Below, one piece after another: positions 52,621-63,439 of a stretch of 64,000 nucleotides of DNA; position 1 is the stretch's first letter, and the number at the start of each line of letters is the position of its first letter. A program made the translations under genes and the position numbers. The stretch covers positions 96,001 to 160,000 of the forward strand of contig CAVUZH010000018.1 of assembly GCA_963745835.1 (NCBI GenBank). Direction: 5' to 3'. The notes beneath the pieces were generated by a model. It searched no databases and had not been told where the DNA came from. It saw only the letters and a program-made list of their open reading frames with translations. Source of the DNA: an uncultured delta proteobacterium (GTDB lineage: Bacteria; Desulfobacterota; Binatia; UBA9968).

Positions 52621-53222
52621 ATTTTGCGCCCTCCATAAAGTTTAGAAATCTAGAAGGATTCACCTTGGTCGAGCTCATGGTTTCGATGGGCATCGGAATG
52701 GTGATACTTGCTGCTGTTACAACAACTTTCATGTCACAAACCCGGATTTATAATGCGCAAGAACAAATTAACGAAATGCAGCAAAACGCCCGAGGCGTGC
52801 TCGATATCCTTTCCCGTGAATTAAAGATGGCCGGCTACAAACCCAATGGGGGAGGTTTTAACGGAGTCACTTACAGCACTATACAGTTGATGGTTCAAGC
52901 GGATCTTAATTCAGACGGAGCAATCAGCACCAGTAGCACGGCCAATGAACAAATTACCTACGCATTCGATAGTGCGAACGATCAGATTACCCGAGCTGTA
53001 GGCAGCGGTAGCCCCCAGATACTCGCCGAGCACATTAGTGCGTTTACTTTCAATTATCTGAATAGTACGGGCGCAGCGACAACTGTATCGGCCAACATAC
53101 GTCAGGTAAGTATTACAATTACCGCTAAAACTGCGAAACCTGACCCGAACTACACCTCTGATGGTGGATACAGGACTTACACTACGTCCGCGACGATTAC
53201 GCCCGGGAATTTGGCTCTATAA
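52617..53222 (+). CDS. pilW: PilW-like minor pilin
   Basis: G|FTLVELMV, MQQNAR and ELKMAGY. Confidence 0.87.
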   Translation: MNFAPSIKFRNLEGFTLVELMVSMGIGMVILAAVTTTFMSQTRIYNAQEQINEMQQNARGVLDILSRELKMAGYKPNGGGFNGVTYSTIQLMVQADLNSDGAISTSSTANEQITYAFDSANDQITRAVGSGSPQILAEHISAFTFNYLNSTGAATTVSANIRQVSITITAKTAKPDPNYTSDGGYRTYTTSATITPGNLAL

Positions 53223-53239
53223 CTGTGAGAGTTGAAAGA

Positions 53240-54392
53240 ATGCGTCGATACAGAGTCAGCGCTATTACCATCGATCGATTATCGAAGAGCGAGCAGGGCT
53301 TCCTCCTTGTCGCAGCTTTGACGTTGCTCTCGGCGCTCACACTGGTTGGTACGACGGCCTATCTGTTATCACGCCACGGACATCAAGATAGGAGGTAACT
53401 TCAGAAATAACCAGATGGCACTTCAGGTCGCGATGGCAGGGGCGGAACGAGGGCGCCAATTATTCAGAATAGAAAACATGTCAAGTAGCGACGCTGGTTC
53501 GTTCAGCGACGAACTAAACAGTTCCGCCCGCAAAGGTGCCAATGGAGTTCTCAATGGTTACAGTACGACCACGGACGATCAAGCTATCGCTAGCGGCACT
53601 CTCAACGGAAGCTCCTATTCTGTTTATTTGACCAACGATTCGGCAGACGGAACGTCGAACACGACCGATGCCAATGGGAAAGTGTTGCTGACGTCCGTGG
53701 CGACTGGCCCGAGCAGTGCAAAAGCACGTGTCGAGATCATTGTAGAAGTCAATACGGCGGTTGCTTCGAGCCCAGCGGTCGTTTACTCGAAAGGTGATGT
53801 AACCGGCAACGGTTCTTCCTTGACCATCAATGGCAGTGATGCTTGCAGCCAAGAAACGGCACTCGGGCCGATTTATACAAAGGATCCCGCTACCACCACT
53901 CTCAACGGCACTCCAACCTTGTCAGGTAGTCCATCAACACCGCAGCATGGCACATTGGATATAGATATTCAGAGCCTGATCGATAGCTTAAAGCCATCGG
54001 CGACAACGACGTTGACTGAGGACCAAAACAGCGGCACCTACGGCAGTACAAGCAACTACGTCACAGTCTACACCGACACTAGTGATCCGGAGAACAATCA
54101 AGGGCTCAAGCTGCAAAACCTCACAGGCTATGGGATCCTTCTGGTAAAGGGAGACTTAGTCTTGGGAGGAGGCTTTACCTGGAACGGGCTAATATATGCG
54201 ACCGGGTCAGTCACTCTAAACGGTGGTGGCGGGGCTGGAATCAATGTCTACGGGCAAATCTATGCAGGAACCTCGAGCGTGACCGATGTCACGATCAATG
54301 GTGGCAACACTTTGGGCTATGACAGTTGCAAAATAAAGAAAGCTTTGGCTTCTCAGGCCTTCAAAGTAGTCAGCTGGAAACATGCCTATTAA
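53240..54392 (+). CDS. pilX: PilX-like minor pilin with long C-terminal domain, frameshifted near 53371
   Basis: ATG 53240 gives ...EQG|FLLVAALTLLSALTLVGTTAYLLS (no E5, PilX-type); removing one base joins TDIKIGGNF...AMAGAE of ORF 53346-54392. Confidence 0.85.
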
Positions 54393-54940
54393 TGTCGGTC
54401 TTTTAGAATATCTTCCAGGGCATCCCCTATTCTGTGAAGTTCTGTAAACTCATTCAAATAGCGATTCGATTCACCGCTAGTCTGAATTTTACGCTTCAAG
54501 GTAGTGACATCTTTTGAAAACTCGTTCAACTCGGATGTTAACATACCGCTTACCGAGCTGAATTTCTGCTTCAGCACTTCAAGGTCTTTCAGTATAGGAT
54601 CATTTGGATCCACCTTTACCTCAGTTTTAGCGGTCGAAGGAACTAACGCTTTATTTGACTCAGATTCATCTTTCCTTGCCGTAACCTGAGGCTTTTCGTC
54701 CTGTCTCGGTAATGTGTTAAGCTGAAGAGGTTTGTCAGATCGGGCGATCTTCGATACGAAGTTTCTGTCCACACCAACCACACCGCCATAGACATCAAAC
54801 ATAACCTGGGTTCCTTCCTGCCAGTGCCGGCCGGTAACGAACTCATTACCGTTTTTAAGCTTAATCACGAATGCCGCGTCAGCCAAGTCGGCTTCAACCG
54901 CCCAAGCCATAACACATAAAATAATTACTAAGCTCCTCAT
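54389..54940 (-). CDS. Exported hypothetical protein (LKNG beta domain, linker, helical tail)
   Basis: Signal peptide (ADA-A), FVIKLKNGNE; GAGGG RBS before ATG 54940. Confidence 0.7.
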   Translation of the reverse strand: MRSLVIILCVMAWAVEADLADAAFVIKLKNGNEFVTGRHWQEGTQVMFDVYGGVVGVDRNFVSKIARSDKPLQLNTLPRQDEKPQVTARKDESESNKALVPSTAKTEVKVDPNDPILKDLEVLKQKFSSVSGMLTSELNEFSKDVTTLKRKIQTSGESNRYLNEFTELHRIGDALEDILKDRH

Positions 54941-55185
54941 ATGGCAGTCCCTCACGTAGCGCGTATTTTAGCATTTAAACCCAAACATCACCAAAGCTAT
55001 TTGCCTGGCGCTAAACCGGAGTGAATAATCTTCTCTGTCACGGTTAGACAATTCTGTGTCCCGTTTCGACGTGATCGGTTGTACTGCACTGGTCTTAACA
55101 TGCTCCTTTTTGATCTCTTTGCGCGTGACCAACTGCAGTTTCCCACCACTAGCCTCGCAAAATATAATAGGTTAGGATACGCCGC

Positions 55186-56382
55186 ATGCTGCGTTATTTC
55201 ACCGCGGGAGAGTCTCACGGACCCTGTTTGACGATGATTATTGACGGGGTCCCCGCCGGATTTCCTGTTGATCCAGGGAAGATCAATCATGATCTATGGC
55301 GCCGACAGCAAGGTTATGGCCGCGGTGGCAGAATGTTGATCGAAAGGGACGAGGTTCAAATTCGCTCTGGTGTTCGTTGGGGCGAAACACTTGGATCACC
55401 TGTATCATTTGGCATCGAAAACCGAGACTGGAAAAACTGGACCAAAAAAATGTCAGCTGCTCCTGAGGACCGTGACGAAAAAATTGCAGTCACCAAGCCG
55501 CGTCCCGGACATGCTGATCTCAATGGAGTCCTCAAGTATGACCGCTCGGACATTCGAGATATTCTAGAACGGGCTAGTGCGCGCGACACAGTTTCGCGGA
55601 CCGCGGTAGGATCTTTCTCGAAACAAATACTTTCGCCTTTTGGTATTCGGGTGATGGGCTATATCCGGTCTATCGGAAACATCACGTCGAACTTCGACGG
55701 ACTTTCGTACGAGGAAGCCTATGCGCGTGCGGAAGAATCTCCTGTGCGGACCGCCGACAGCGCGGCTGAAGAAAAGATGATCGGCTTGATCGAGGAGTGC
55801 AAGAAAGAGGGAAACACACTCGGGGGTATTTTTGAAATAATAGCATTGGGATTGCCGCCGGGCTTAGGCACGCACACGCAGTGGGATCGGAAACTCGATG
55901 GGCGATTAGCTCAGTCGTTAATGAGCATCCAGGCAATCAAAGGTGTTGAGATCGGCCTCGGCTTCGAAATGGCCCGTCGCCGCGGCTCTCAGGTTCATGA
56001 CGAGATCTTCTTCGATCCCGCCAAAATGGTTAGCGAAGGCACACCGAGAATTGTGCCAACCGGCTTCTACCGGGGCAGCAATAATTCAGGCGGAACTGAA
56101 GGTGGTATGTCGAACGGCGCTCCTTTAGTGGTTCGGGTTGCGATGAAACCGATCTCTACTTTGATGAGTCCGCTGCAGTCCGTCGATCTACGGTCCAAGC
56201 AACAGACGGATGCCTCCGTGGAGCGCTCTGATGTCTGCGCCGCCCCGGCTGCCGCGGTTGTCGGTGAATCTGTTGTAGCTTTTGAGTTGGCCAATGCTTT
56301 TTTGGAGAAGTTCGGTGGAGACTCGCTCCGAGAAATCCGCCGTAATTATGAAAGCTATCTGGAGCAAATCAAAAACTTCTAA
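55186..56382 (+). CDS. aroC: Chorismate synthase
   Basis: TAGESHG, RPGHAD, ERASAR, MKPIST and ERSD motifs. Confidence 0.98.
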   Translation: MLRYFTAGESHGPCLTMIIDGVPAGFPVDPGKINHDLWRRQQGYGRGGRMLIERDEVQIRSGVRWGETLGSPVSFGIENRDWKNWTKKMSAAPEDRDEKIAVTKPRPGHADLNGVLKYDRSDIRDILERASARDTVSRTAVGSFSKQILSPFGIRVMGYIRSIGNITSNFDGLSYEEAYARAEESPVRTADSAAEEKMIGLIEECKKEGNTLGGIFEIIALGLPPGLGTHTQWDRKLDGRLAQSLMSIQAIKGVEIGLGFEMARRRGSQVHDEIFFDPAKMVSEGTPRIVPTGFYRGSNNSGGTEGGMSNGAPLVVRVAMKPISTLMSPLQSVDLRSKQQTDASVERSDVCAAPAAAVVGESVVAFELANAFLEKFGGDSLREIRRNYESYLEQIKNF

Positions 56383-56387
56383 ATCAC

Positions 56388-56912
56388 TTGCCATTAAACG
56401 CTAATCAGAACATTGCTCTCATCGGTTTTATGGCCGTGGGTAAAAGTGCCGTGGGACGAAAACTTGCGCGGCGATTGAAACGACGATTCGTCGATCTCGA
56501 TAAGGCGATTGAGAAGTGCGCGGGCTCGAAAGTTCGAGAGATCTTCGAAAGGAGAGGTGAGTCTTACTTCCGTCAGTTAGAAATGCAAGCGCTTGCACAG
56601 GTGCTTCGGGACGATGGGCAGGTCATAGCTACCGGCGGTGGGGTTGTGTTGCATGAAAACAATTTGAGGCTTCTGCAAGAGAGGAGCTTAATTGTTTGTT
56701 TGACGGCCGACGTTAATGCGATTGTGCAGCGAGCCGGTAGCGCTAACCGGCGGCCTTTGTTAATGACAGTCGATAAGGCGCAACGGATAAATGAGCTTTT
56801 GAGGCAGCGCAAACAATACTACGCTAAGGCTCACATCGAAATCGATACCAGCGAATTGACCGTCGATGAAGTGGTTAGCAAAATCCTTGCGCTCGCCGGA
56901 TCGGCTCAATAG
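56388..56912 (+). CDS. aroK: Shikimate kinase
   Basis: GFMAVGKS, GE..FR..E, ATGGG and RPLL. Confidence 0.96.
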   Translation: MPLNANQNIALIGFMAVGKSAVGRKLARRLKRRFVDLDKAIEKCAGSKVREIFERRGESYFRQLEMQALAQVLRDDGQVIATGGGVVLHENNLRLLQERSLIVCLTADVNAIVQRAGSANRRPLLMTVDKAQRINELLRQRKQYYAKAHIEIDTSELTVDEVVSKILALAGSAQ

Positions 56913-56919
56913 TTGATCT

Positions 56920-57996
56920 ATGCAGACCGTCAAAGTCGATTTAGGACAACGATCCTATAACATCTTCGTCGGGGAAGGAATTCTTTCAGCTGCCGGCGAC
57001 CTCCTCACAGGAGCTGGGATCAAAGGGAAACTTGCAGTCGTCACCAATTCTACAGTAGCCCAACTCTATCTCGACCCTGTGCACGATGCTCTGCAGAGTT
57101 CTGGATTCGAGGTTATCCCTATATTGATTCCAGATGGTGAAGAATACAAAACGCTATCGACTCTTTCGACGATTTTCGACCGTCTCATTAGCGAAAGATT
57201 TGAACGCCAATCGTGTCTAGTGGCTTTGGGTGGTGGTGTTGTCGGAGATATCGCCGGCTTTGCCGCAGCTACATATTTGCGCGGCATGCCGTTCGTGCAG
57301 ATACCGACCACTTTGCTAGCTCAAGTAGATTCAAGTGTCGGAGGAAAGACCGGCGTTAATCATTCTCGAGGCAAGAATTTGATCGGCGCGTTTTATCAAC
57401 CCCGCGCAGTAATCATCGATGTGGCTCTGTTGTCATCACTGCCCCGGCGCGAGCTGGTAGCCGGCCTGGCAGAGGTCATAAAATACGGCATTATTGAAGA
57501 TCCGGTTCTATTTGGCGGCTTAGAGGAGAAACTGGATAGAATTTTGGTTTTGGATCGTCGGTTACTCACTGAAGTGATCGCCACCTCGTGTGCGATAAAG
57601 GCGCGGGTGATAGAAAAAGATGAACGAGAAGATGATCATCGCGCCGTTCTCAACTTCGGGCACACCGTAGGACATGCGTTGGAGGCCGCGACCCATTTTC
57701 GCAAATATCTTCACGGTGAAGCAGTCGCTATCGGTATGGCGAAAGCTGCTGCGATCTCTTATCAGCAGGGTTTTTGCGACGCGAAAACCCTGGGCCGCAT
57801 TATCAAATTGATCAAAATGGCAGGATTATCAACCGAAATACCGCAGGAAGTTTCGACACAGTCTTTGATTGAAGGCATGGAAGTGGATAAAAAATCAGCG
57901 GACGGGAAGGTCAAGTTCGTCGTCTGCACCGCCATCGGTAAGACTTGCTTCCACCTGTTAACCGCAAAGCAAATCGCTGCCGCTCTCGGCACATAG
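56920..57996 (+). CDS. aroB: 3-dehydroquinate synthase
   Basis: GGGVVGD, PTTLLAQVDSSVGGKT, LNFGHT and HGEAV. Confidence 0.98.
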   Translation: MQTVKVDLGQRSYNIFVGEGILSAAGDLLTGAGIKGKLAVVTNSTVAQLYLDPVHDALQSSGFEVIPILIPDGEEYKTLSTLSTIFDRLISERFERQSCLVALGGGVVGDIAGFAAATYLRGMPFVQIPTTLLAQVDSSVGGKTGVNHSRGKNLIGAFYQPRAVIIDVALLSSLPRRELVAGLAEVIKYGIIEDPVLFGGLEEKLDRILVLDRRLLTEVIATSCAIKARVIEKDEREDDHRAVLNFGHTVGHALEAATHFRKYLHGEAVAIGMAKAAAISYQQGFCDAKTLGRIIKLIKMAGLSTEIPQEVSTQSLIEGMEVDKKSADGKVKFVVCTAIGKTCFHLLTAKQIAAALGT

Positions 57997-58041
57997 GATA
58001 TCGAAAAACTTGGACTAGTCGCTACCACAATTTACTGGCGC

Positions 58042-58485
58042 ATGATGGCAAAAAAGAAACGAATCTTGATCCTCAACGGTCCTAACTTGAATCTGCTTGG
58101 CAAACGCCAGCCGGAAATTTATGGCAGGCTTACTCTGGAAGAAATAGGCCGAGAGATTCGCTCGCTGGCCAAGCAACTGAGCGTCACCGTGGAGATTCGC
58201 CAGTCCAATAATGAAGGTGAACTGGTCGATTGGATCCAGCAAGCTTCAGCTCAGTTCGGCGCTATTGTGATCAATCCGGCGGCTTATACTCATTCGAGTG
58301 TGGCCATGCGCGATGCCATCCTAGCTGCCGGCATCCCCGCCATCGAAATTCATATCTCCAATATTTACAAAAGAGAAGCTTTTCGAAAACATTCTTACAT
58401 CGCCGGTGTCGCCGTGGGACAGATTACCGGTTTCGGCGTGCAGAGTTATTTATTGGGCTTAAGAGCGGCAGTGGAATGCTTATAA
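58042..58485 (+). CDS. aroQ: Type II 3-dehydroquinate dehydratase
   Basis: NGPNLNLLG.R.PEIYG, NPAAYTH and EIHISN. Confidence 0.98.
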   Translation: MMAKKKRILILNGPNLNLLGKRQPEIYGRLTLEEIGREIRSLAKQLSVTVEIRQSNNEGELVDWIQQASAQFGAIVINPAAYTHSSVAMRDAILAAGIPAIEIHISNIYKREAFRKHSYIAGVAVGQITGFGVQSYLLGLRAAVECL

Positions 58486-58822
58486 GATCGAGCTAGTGCC
58501 CAGTATCAGTGTTGTTGCGTTAAGGTCCTAGTTCAAGTTGTCTCCTCAAGTTAGCTGCCCAATCTGTTCATCACGTAATCCATTTTATGCGGTTGTTGGC
58601 TGCGAAAAACTCCGGACTGGAACTGCAAGAAATCGCCCCGCAAATGTATTCGCCTTCTACATCGATCGCCAGGTCTTAGTTTCTTCGTGACTGCACCGAG
58701 CTTCAGTGCCATTCCTGTGGAGCGAAGCGGCGACTCAATAGGGCACGCGAACTGTTTCCTCCAGATCGCGACGTTTACAGCCTCGTAGGTTCATGTTAGC
58801 GTTCAGTGACTGGGGTATCGCC

Positions 58823-60085
58823 ATGAACCCAATTTTTCTCCGGTACACATTCCTCGCGAGTTTGCTGGTTTGCCGCCTAAGCCAGCCATTTCCACTGTTC
58901 AGCGCTGAAGCCAAAGTGCAGATTCACTCACCAAAAGACGGCGCTACGATCAACCAAGAACAGAACCTGGTCTTTGTTAGCGGCAAGGTGGCTACAACCG
59001 CCGCCCGTTCAGCCAATGTTGACATCATGCTTCTTCTGGATGCCTCCGGGAGCACCGCTCAATATGCCGGGATCGATTTGACAGGAATGGATCAACTACC
59101 GGACACTGGTTCAGGATTTAATACTCCGCAGATTTTCATTGGCGGCATGAGCGTAGGCGGCCCCGCTATGAGGAACCTCAGAAATTCTGTACTTGCCGCC
59201 GAGGTGATTGCAGCCCGCAGGCTCCTAATGCAACTGAACTCCGAAACGACACGGGTCGGCGTGGTGAGTTTCGGCGAGCGCGCAAAATTGGTTCAGCCGC
59301 TCACCCATGATTTCGACCGAGTTCGCCTTGCTCTCGATGAAGTGTATAAGGCGGGCCCCTATGGTGGGACCAATATGGTCGAAGGAATCCGTACCGGCAT
59401 CACCGAGCTGATGGGAATGGGAAGCAGTGAAAAGAAAACTGATGCGGTAAAAGTAGAGTTTCTTTTGACGGATGGCTTTCCGACGATGCCCATCGGCGGA
59501 GGCAAAAGCGCCACCCCGCAAGACACTGACCTAGCCATCAATGCTGCGCGACTTGCCGGAAGGGCTGGAATCAAGGTTCACGTTTTTGCGTTAGGCGAAG
59601 AGGCGCTCTCTTATCCAAGAGCCGCCGTTGGCATCGCTAAACAAAGTGGCGGCATCTATACACCCGTTTCACGGCCGGTCGATATCCTGTCGGTGGTCGA
59701 GAACATGTCCGCTGTTGGCGTGGATTACGTTCAGATCGTCAATCAGACCAGCGGCCAAAAAGCCAGCCAGCTGAGAGTGGCGGCCGACGGGTTTTTTTCC
59801 GCCGCGGTGCCAGCGATCGAAGGGCGGAATCAGATCGACGTTTTTGCGCGAGCAAGCGATGGTTCCAACGGCAAGGACTCGATCACTATCAATTATCAGT
59901 CTGGAAATCAGAAGTCTTTAGAATTGGAAGTCTTCCTGGAAAGAGAAAAGAAACTCAAGTTAGAGGTTGAACGATTAGGCAAGAGCCAAGCAGAGATTCA
60001 AGAAGATATAGAACGCGCAAGGCAACAGGGACTTGGACGCTCGCAAGGGCCGCTGCCACCTGAACGGGAAACGCAGGTGCAATGA
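58823..60085 (+). CDS. Secreted VWA-domain protein flanked by Ig-like segments
   Basis: Signal peptide; MIDAS DASGS...GGTN...LTDG; IHSPKDG and EGRNQIDV Ig-like motifs; C-terminal coiled coil. Confidence 0.88.
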   Translation: MNPIFLRYTFLASLLVCRLSQPFPLFSAEAKVQIHSPKDGATINQEQNLVFVSGKVATTAARSANVDIMLLLDASGSTAQYAGIDLTGMDQLPDTGSGFNTPQIFIGGMSVGGPAMRNLRNSVLAAEVIAARRLLMQLNSETTRVGVVSFGERAKLVQPLTHDFDRVRLALDEVYKAGPYGGTNMVEGIRTGITELMGMGSSEKKTDAVKVEFLLTDGFPTMPIGGGKSATPQDTDLAINAARLAGRAGIKVHVFALGEEALSYPRAAVGIAKQSGGIYTPVSRPVDILSVVENMSAVGVDYVQIVNQTSGQKASQLRVAADGFFSAAVPAIEGRNQIDVFARASDGSNGKDSITINYQSGNQKSLELEVFLEREKKLKLEVERLGKSQAEIQEDIERARQQGLGRSQGPLPPERETQVQ

Positions 60086-60099
60086 ATACTAAGGCGTAA

Positions 60100-60523
60100 C
60101 TAGCGGGATTTTTCGGTTTCGGCGGCAATGGCAATCTCGGATGCGCCGGCACGTTTGATGATCGACATTATCTTAACTGTGTCGCCCAAGAGCACATCCT
60201 TATCACCGCGTAAAATGACAATCTTATCGGCACTCCCAGCCAGCGCTTCCTTGAGAGCCGGTTCCAATTTATCCTCACTGATCTGTTTCTGATTGACGAA
60301 GATCTCACGTTTCGGAGTAAGGGTGACAGTCGTCCCGCGTGCTCTCGGACTGAGTGGCAACAGCTTTGGGCAGGTTCACTTTACCGCCTGATTCGACCAT
60401 TGCCGAGCTGGTGATCATGAAAATGATCAGTAAGACGAGGAAGATGTCGGTCAGAGGCGTGATGTTGATTTCAGCGACGATGTCCGAGTTGTCTTCGTTG
60501 CTGCCGAGTGGAGTCAGTGCCAT
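60100..60523 (-). CDS. exbD: ExbD/TolR family protein, frameshifted near 60345
   Basis: EINITPLTDIFLVLLIIFM, VNLPKA, then LRGDKDV...MSIIKRAG in the shifted frame. Confidence 0.9.
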
Positions 60524-60533
60524 GGCCGATGCC

Positions 60534-61160
60534 TTAAGCGTTAAAATGACGGAGAACTCTTGCGACTTGGATGCGGAACAGGGCCGTCAAACTGCCAATC
60601 CGGGTCTGGAAGTAGTTGTAAAAAACCAAGGCGATAATCGCTACCCCTAATCCCAAAGCGGTGGCGACCAGCGCTTCCGAAATACCTGCCGCGACTACAG
60701 CGAAACCGCCAGTTCCACTGACCGCCATGCTTTCGAAAGCTTTGATGATTCCCACTACCGTTCCAAATAGGCCTATGAACGGCGCGCTGCTTGCCACGGT
60801 TCCCAGAATCCAAAGATGCTTTCTCAAATGCTGGGTTTCTTCAAACATAGCTTCGACCGCAACATTGCTTCCCGTTTCGGGTAGGTGAGTTTCGGCTCTC
60901 TCCAGAACAGTATGGAAAATTCTTCCCGCCGGACAGTGCGAATTCTGCTTGCAAATAGCCAGTGCCAGATCGCGTTGACCTTTTTGAACTGGATCAACCA
61001 GGGATTCAGCAATCCTCAACGTCGTGGATCTGATATTTCTCAATGACCATAAGCGTTCAAACACCACCGTCACGCTTACAATGGAAAGCAGGATCAGCGG
61101 ATAAGTCGCCAGAGCGCCCTTGTGAATGATCTCGATGAGATTCAGCCCTTGTTGTTCCAT
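60534..61160 (-). CDS. exbB: ExbB/TolQ/MotA proton channel
   Basis: LGTVASSAPFIGLFGTVVGI and GISEALVATALGL. Confidence 0.93.
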   Translation of the reverse strand: MEQQGLNLIEIIHKGALATYPLILLSIVSVTVVFERLWSLRNIRSTTLRIAESLVDPVQKGQRDLALAICKQNSHCPAGRIFHTVLERAETHLPETGSNVAVEAMFEETQHLRKHLWILGTVASSAPFIGLFGTVVGIIKAFESMAVSGTGGFAVVAAGISEALVATALGLGVAIIALVFYNYFQTRIGSLTALFRIQVARVLRHFNA

Positions 61161-61248
61161 TATGGATTCCTTCGGAAATCTCCGGTGAGATTACCTTAGT
61201 TCATAATTAATTCAACGAGGGTTTTCGGGAAAGACGAAACTGCAGTCT

Positions 61249-62269
61249 TCATCCGCGGACGCGGATAGCGACCTCAAACCTAATGATCATAGGTTCGTTG
61301 GCGAGATCTTTCAAACTTTCCGGAATAGGTGGAAAAGGCGACGCTCGCCTAATCGCTTCGACGGCGCTGGTGTTGAGTCTAGAATCAGAAGAATCCAGGA
61401 CTTCCGCCAGGGTCAGCTTGCCCGCGCGATCAAGAATGAAGCGCACGGCGACCTTTTGGACTCCGGTGACGTCGTCAGGATACTTCCATACCGATTCCAC
61501 TCTTCTCTTAAGTTGCTGCAGATATTGATTGTAATCAGGAGTTGCGATTCCCTTTAGGCCTGTATTACTGCCGCCGCCTGTCCCAGAGCCACTGCCGCCG
61601 CCGGATAGACCACTGCCGCTGCTCTTTCCACCCGGAACGCCGTACGGTCCCACTCCAGTTCCAACGCCTTTCAGCGAGCCGGGGATCTGTTCGCCTTCCC
61701 TTAGCGCTTTGATGCCTGGCCCGGCATCCGTGCTCTTGAGCGCAGCTAAGCTTTTCTGGCTCGTTTCGGGATCAACCGCCACTCCGCCTGGCAGATTGGT
61801 CGCCGCTTCTTTCGTCGGCAGCCGCACCAGCGAATCCGGTGAAGTCTCTTTTGTATCTGACCGCTTCACGACTCGAATCGCTAGACAGAACTTTAGGCCC
61901 CGGAAGCGCCATCGGTTTCGGCGCGGTTGTCGCTTCGACAGTATCGTTCGGCTTCAAGGCGTCGAGAGAACCGCTGTCCAATTTGCCCGTGCGCTGAGCT
62001 GGGCTGATCGGATTGCCGAGCTTTGGAAGATTGCGCGGCCCGCCAGGGCCTTTGCTCGAACCGATGCTCTTGTTGGAGGAACCGCCCTCGTTTACCTCCA
62101 CAAGCTGCACCGAAATCGGCGGGTCCAATGCCGGCTTTGCCACTGATAAGGTCGCAGCACGAAGCGCCAGAGCTAGGAGCATCGCGTGGAGGAGCAGGGA
62201 GGGTAATAAGAAGGCGCTCCGGAACAGTGTGAGAGCTGAATCTTCCCAGGCAGAGGCTGAATTGTTCAT
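61249..62269 (-). CDS. TonB/TolA-like energy transducer, frameshifted near 61865
   Basis: TM with SLLLH motif, P/G-rich linker, TonB C domain (Y...LKRRVESVW.YP, ASPFPPIP). Confidence 0.88.
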
Positions 62270-62273
62270 GATA

Positions 62274-63417
62274 TCAGTTGCCAGGGATTTGAATCCCTTT
62301 CACGTCGGCGATCGGCAATGAGATCTGCTCCTGCTTGGCGAGTAACTCCAAACCGACGGCGCTGACATCACGTCGGACGACCCGCCCATTCTCATAGTAC
62401 GTCCACAGATCGGCGATGCCGTCGCCATTCATGTCTTTTTCGTCTTTGATAATGATTTCTTCGGCGCGGTTGGTATCATAATGAATCCAAAAATCGATTT
62501 TACCTTCTCCTCGAGTATCTTTCTCGATCTGAGCAAGCCGGCCGTTTTGATAAGTCGCGCGGTAACTAATCCGGCCCGTGCCTGATTCATCACGTTCTTC
62601 GCGGGCGATTTTATCTTCCGCATAGTAAAATACAGTATCAGGTCTTCCCTGACCTTGGCTGTCGACGTCGCGCCGGACCAGTTTGCCATCCTTAAAATAA
62701 CTCCAGGCATTGACGGTGCCGTCGTATTTCGTGGCCTCTTCTTGACGCACGATCTCGCCCGGGTTTCGCGGGTTGTGATAGATCCAGAGGTCCGGCACCC
62801 CGTCCCCATTGATGTCTTTTACTTCGACATTTTTAAACGGCGCGGGAGGAACTAGATCCAGGGCTCTTATTAACCGAGGCCAGTGCGATATTACCGCTTG
62901 CCGAACGCTCCGCTGGGACTGTTGGCGCCGCACGTCCTTGCTCAACGGGCAGTTCGGCTGAACCCACTTGAGCAGCGCCGCCGGATGCAGGAGTTGCTTG
63001 AGCGACCTGGTTCTCAAAGCCTGCCTGACGTTGAAGTTCTTCCTCAATCGCGGCTTCAAGCTGCCGGTCTTTTTGCTGTTCGGACTGAATTTGCGCATTC
63101 ACTGCGCCGTAATGGGAGTCGGCGGTGATCAGACCCGTAAGCAGCCCCAGGGCTAAGCCGCCGGCGCCACCAAAAGGACCGCCAATATTGAGGCCGACAA
63201 AGGCGCCCTCCATTGCCTTGGTCCAGGCGTGATTCCATCTTTGCGAGCCGGTCACCTGTGGTTGCGTAGGGTACTGAGGGGCGCTGCTTGTGTTGTTTAC
63301 GGCAGCTCCGGAGTAAGGCGATTGAACAGAGCCAGGCGGGTGTTGAACGGCAACAGGTTCACACCCTAGCAGTGTCAGTAACATCACGCACGATATCGAT
63401 CCAAATCGCCCGTTCAT
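62274..63417 (-). CDS. Lipoprotein with glycine zipper, coiled coil and DxNGDGxxD-W repeats; frameshifted near 62860
   Basis: LLGC lipobox and GxxxG (62833-63417) joined to DINGDGVPDLW / DSQGQGRPD / DTRGEGKIDFW / DMNGDGIADLW repeats (62274-62860). Confidence 0.75.
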
Positions 63418-63439
63418 CTTCTAACCACTCGGTCCTGTT

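Noticed and set aside
58740-58756. sigma54 motif before the VWA gene (GGCACGCGAACTGT)
   Set aside because: The -12 element is GT rather than GC
62860-63098. N-terminal part of ORF 62274-63098 as a separate overlapping gene
   Set aside because: Off-frame shadow of the lipoprotein; only the part after the frameshift is repeat-coding
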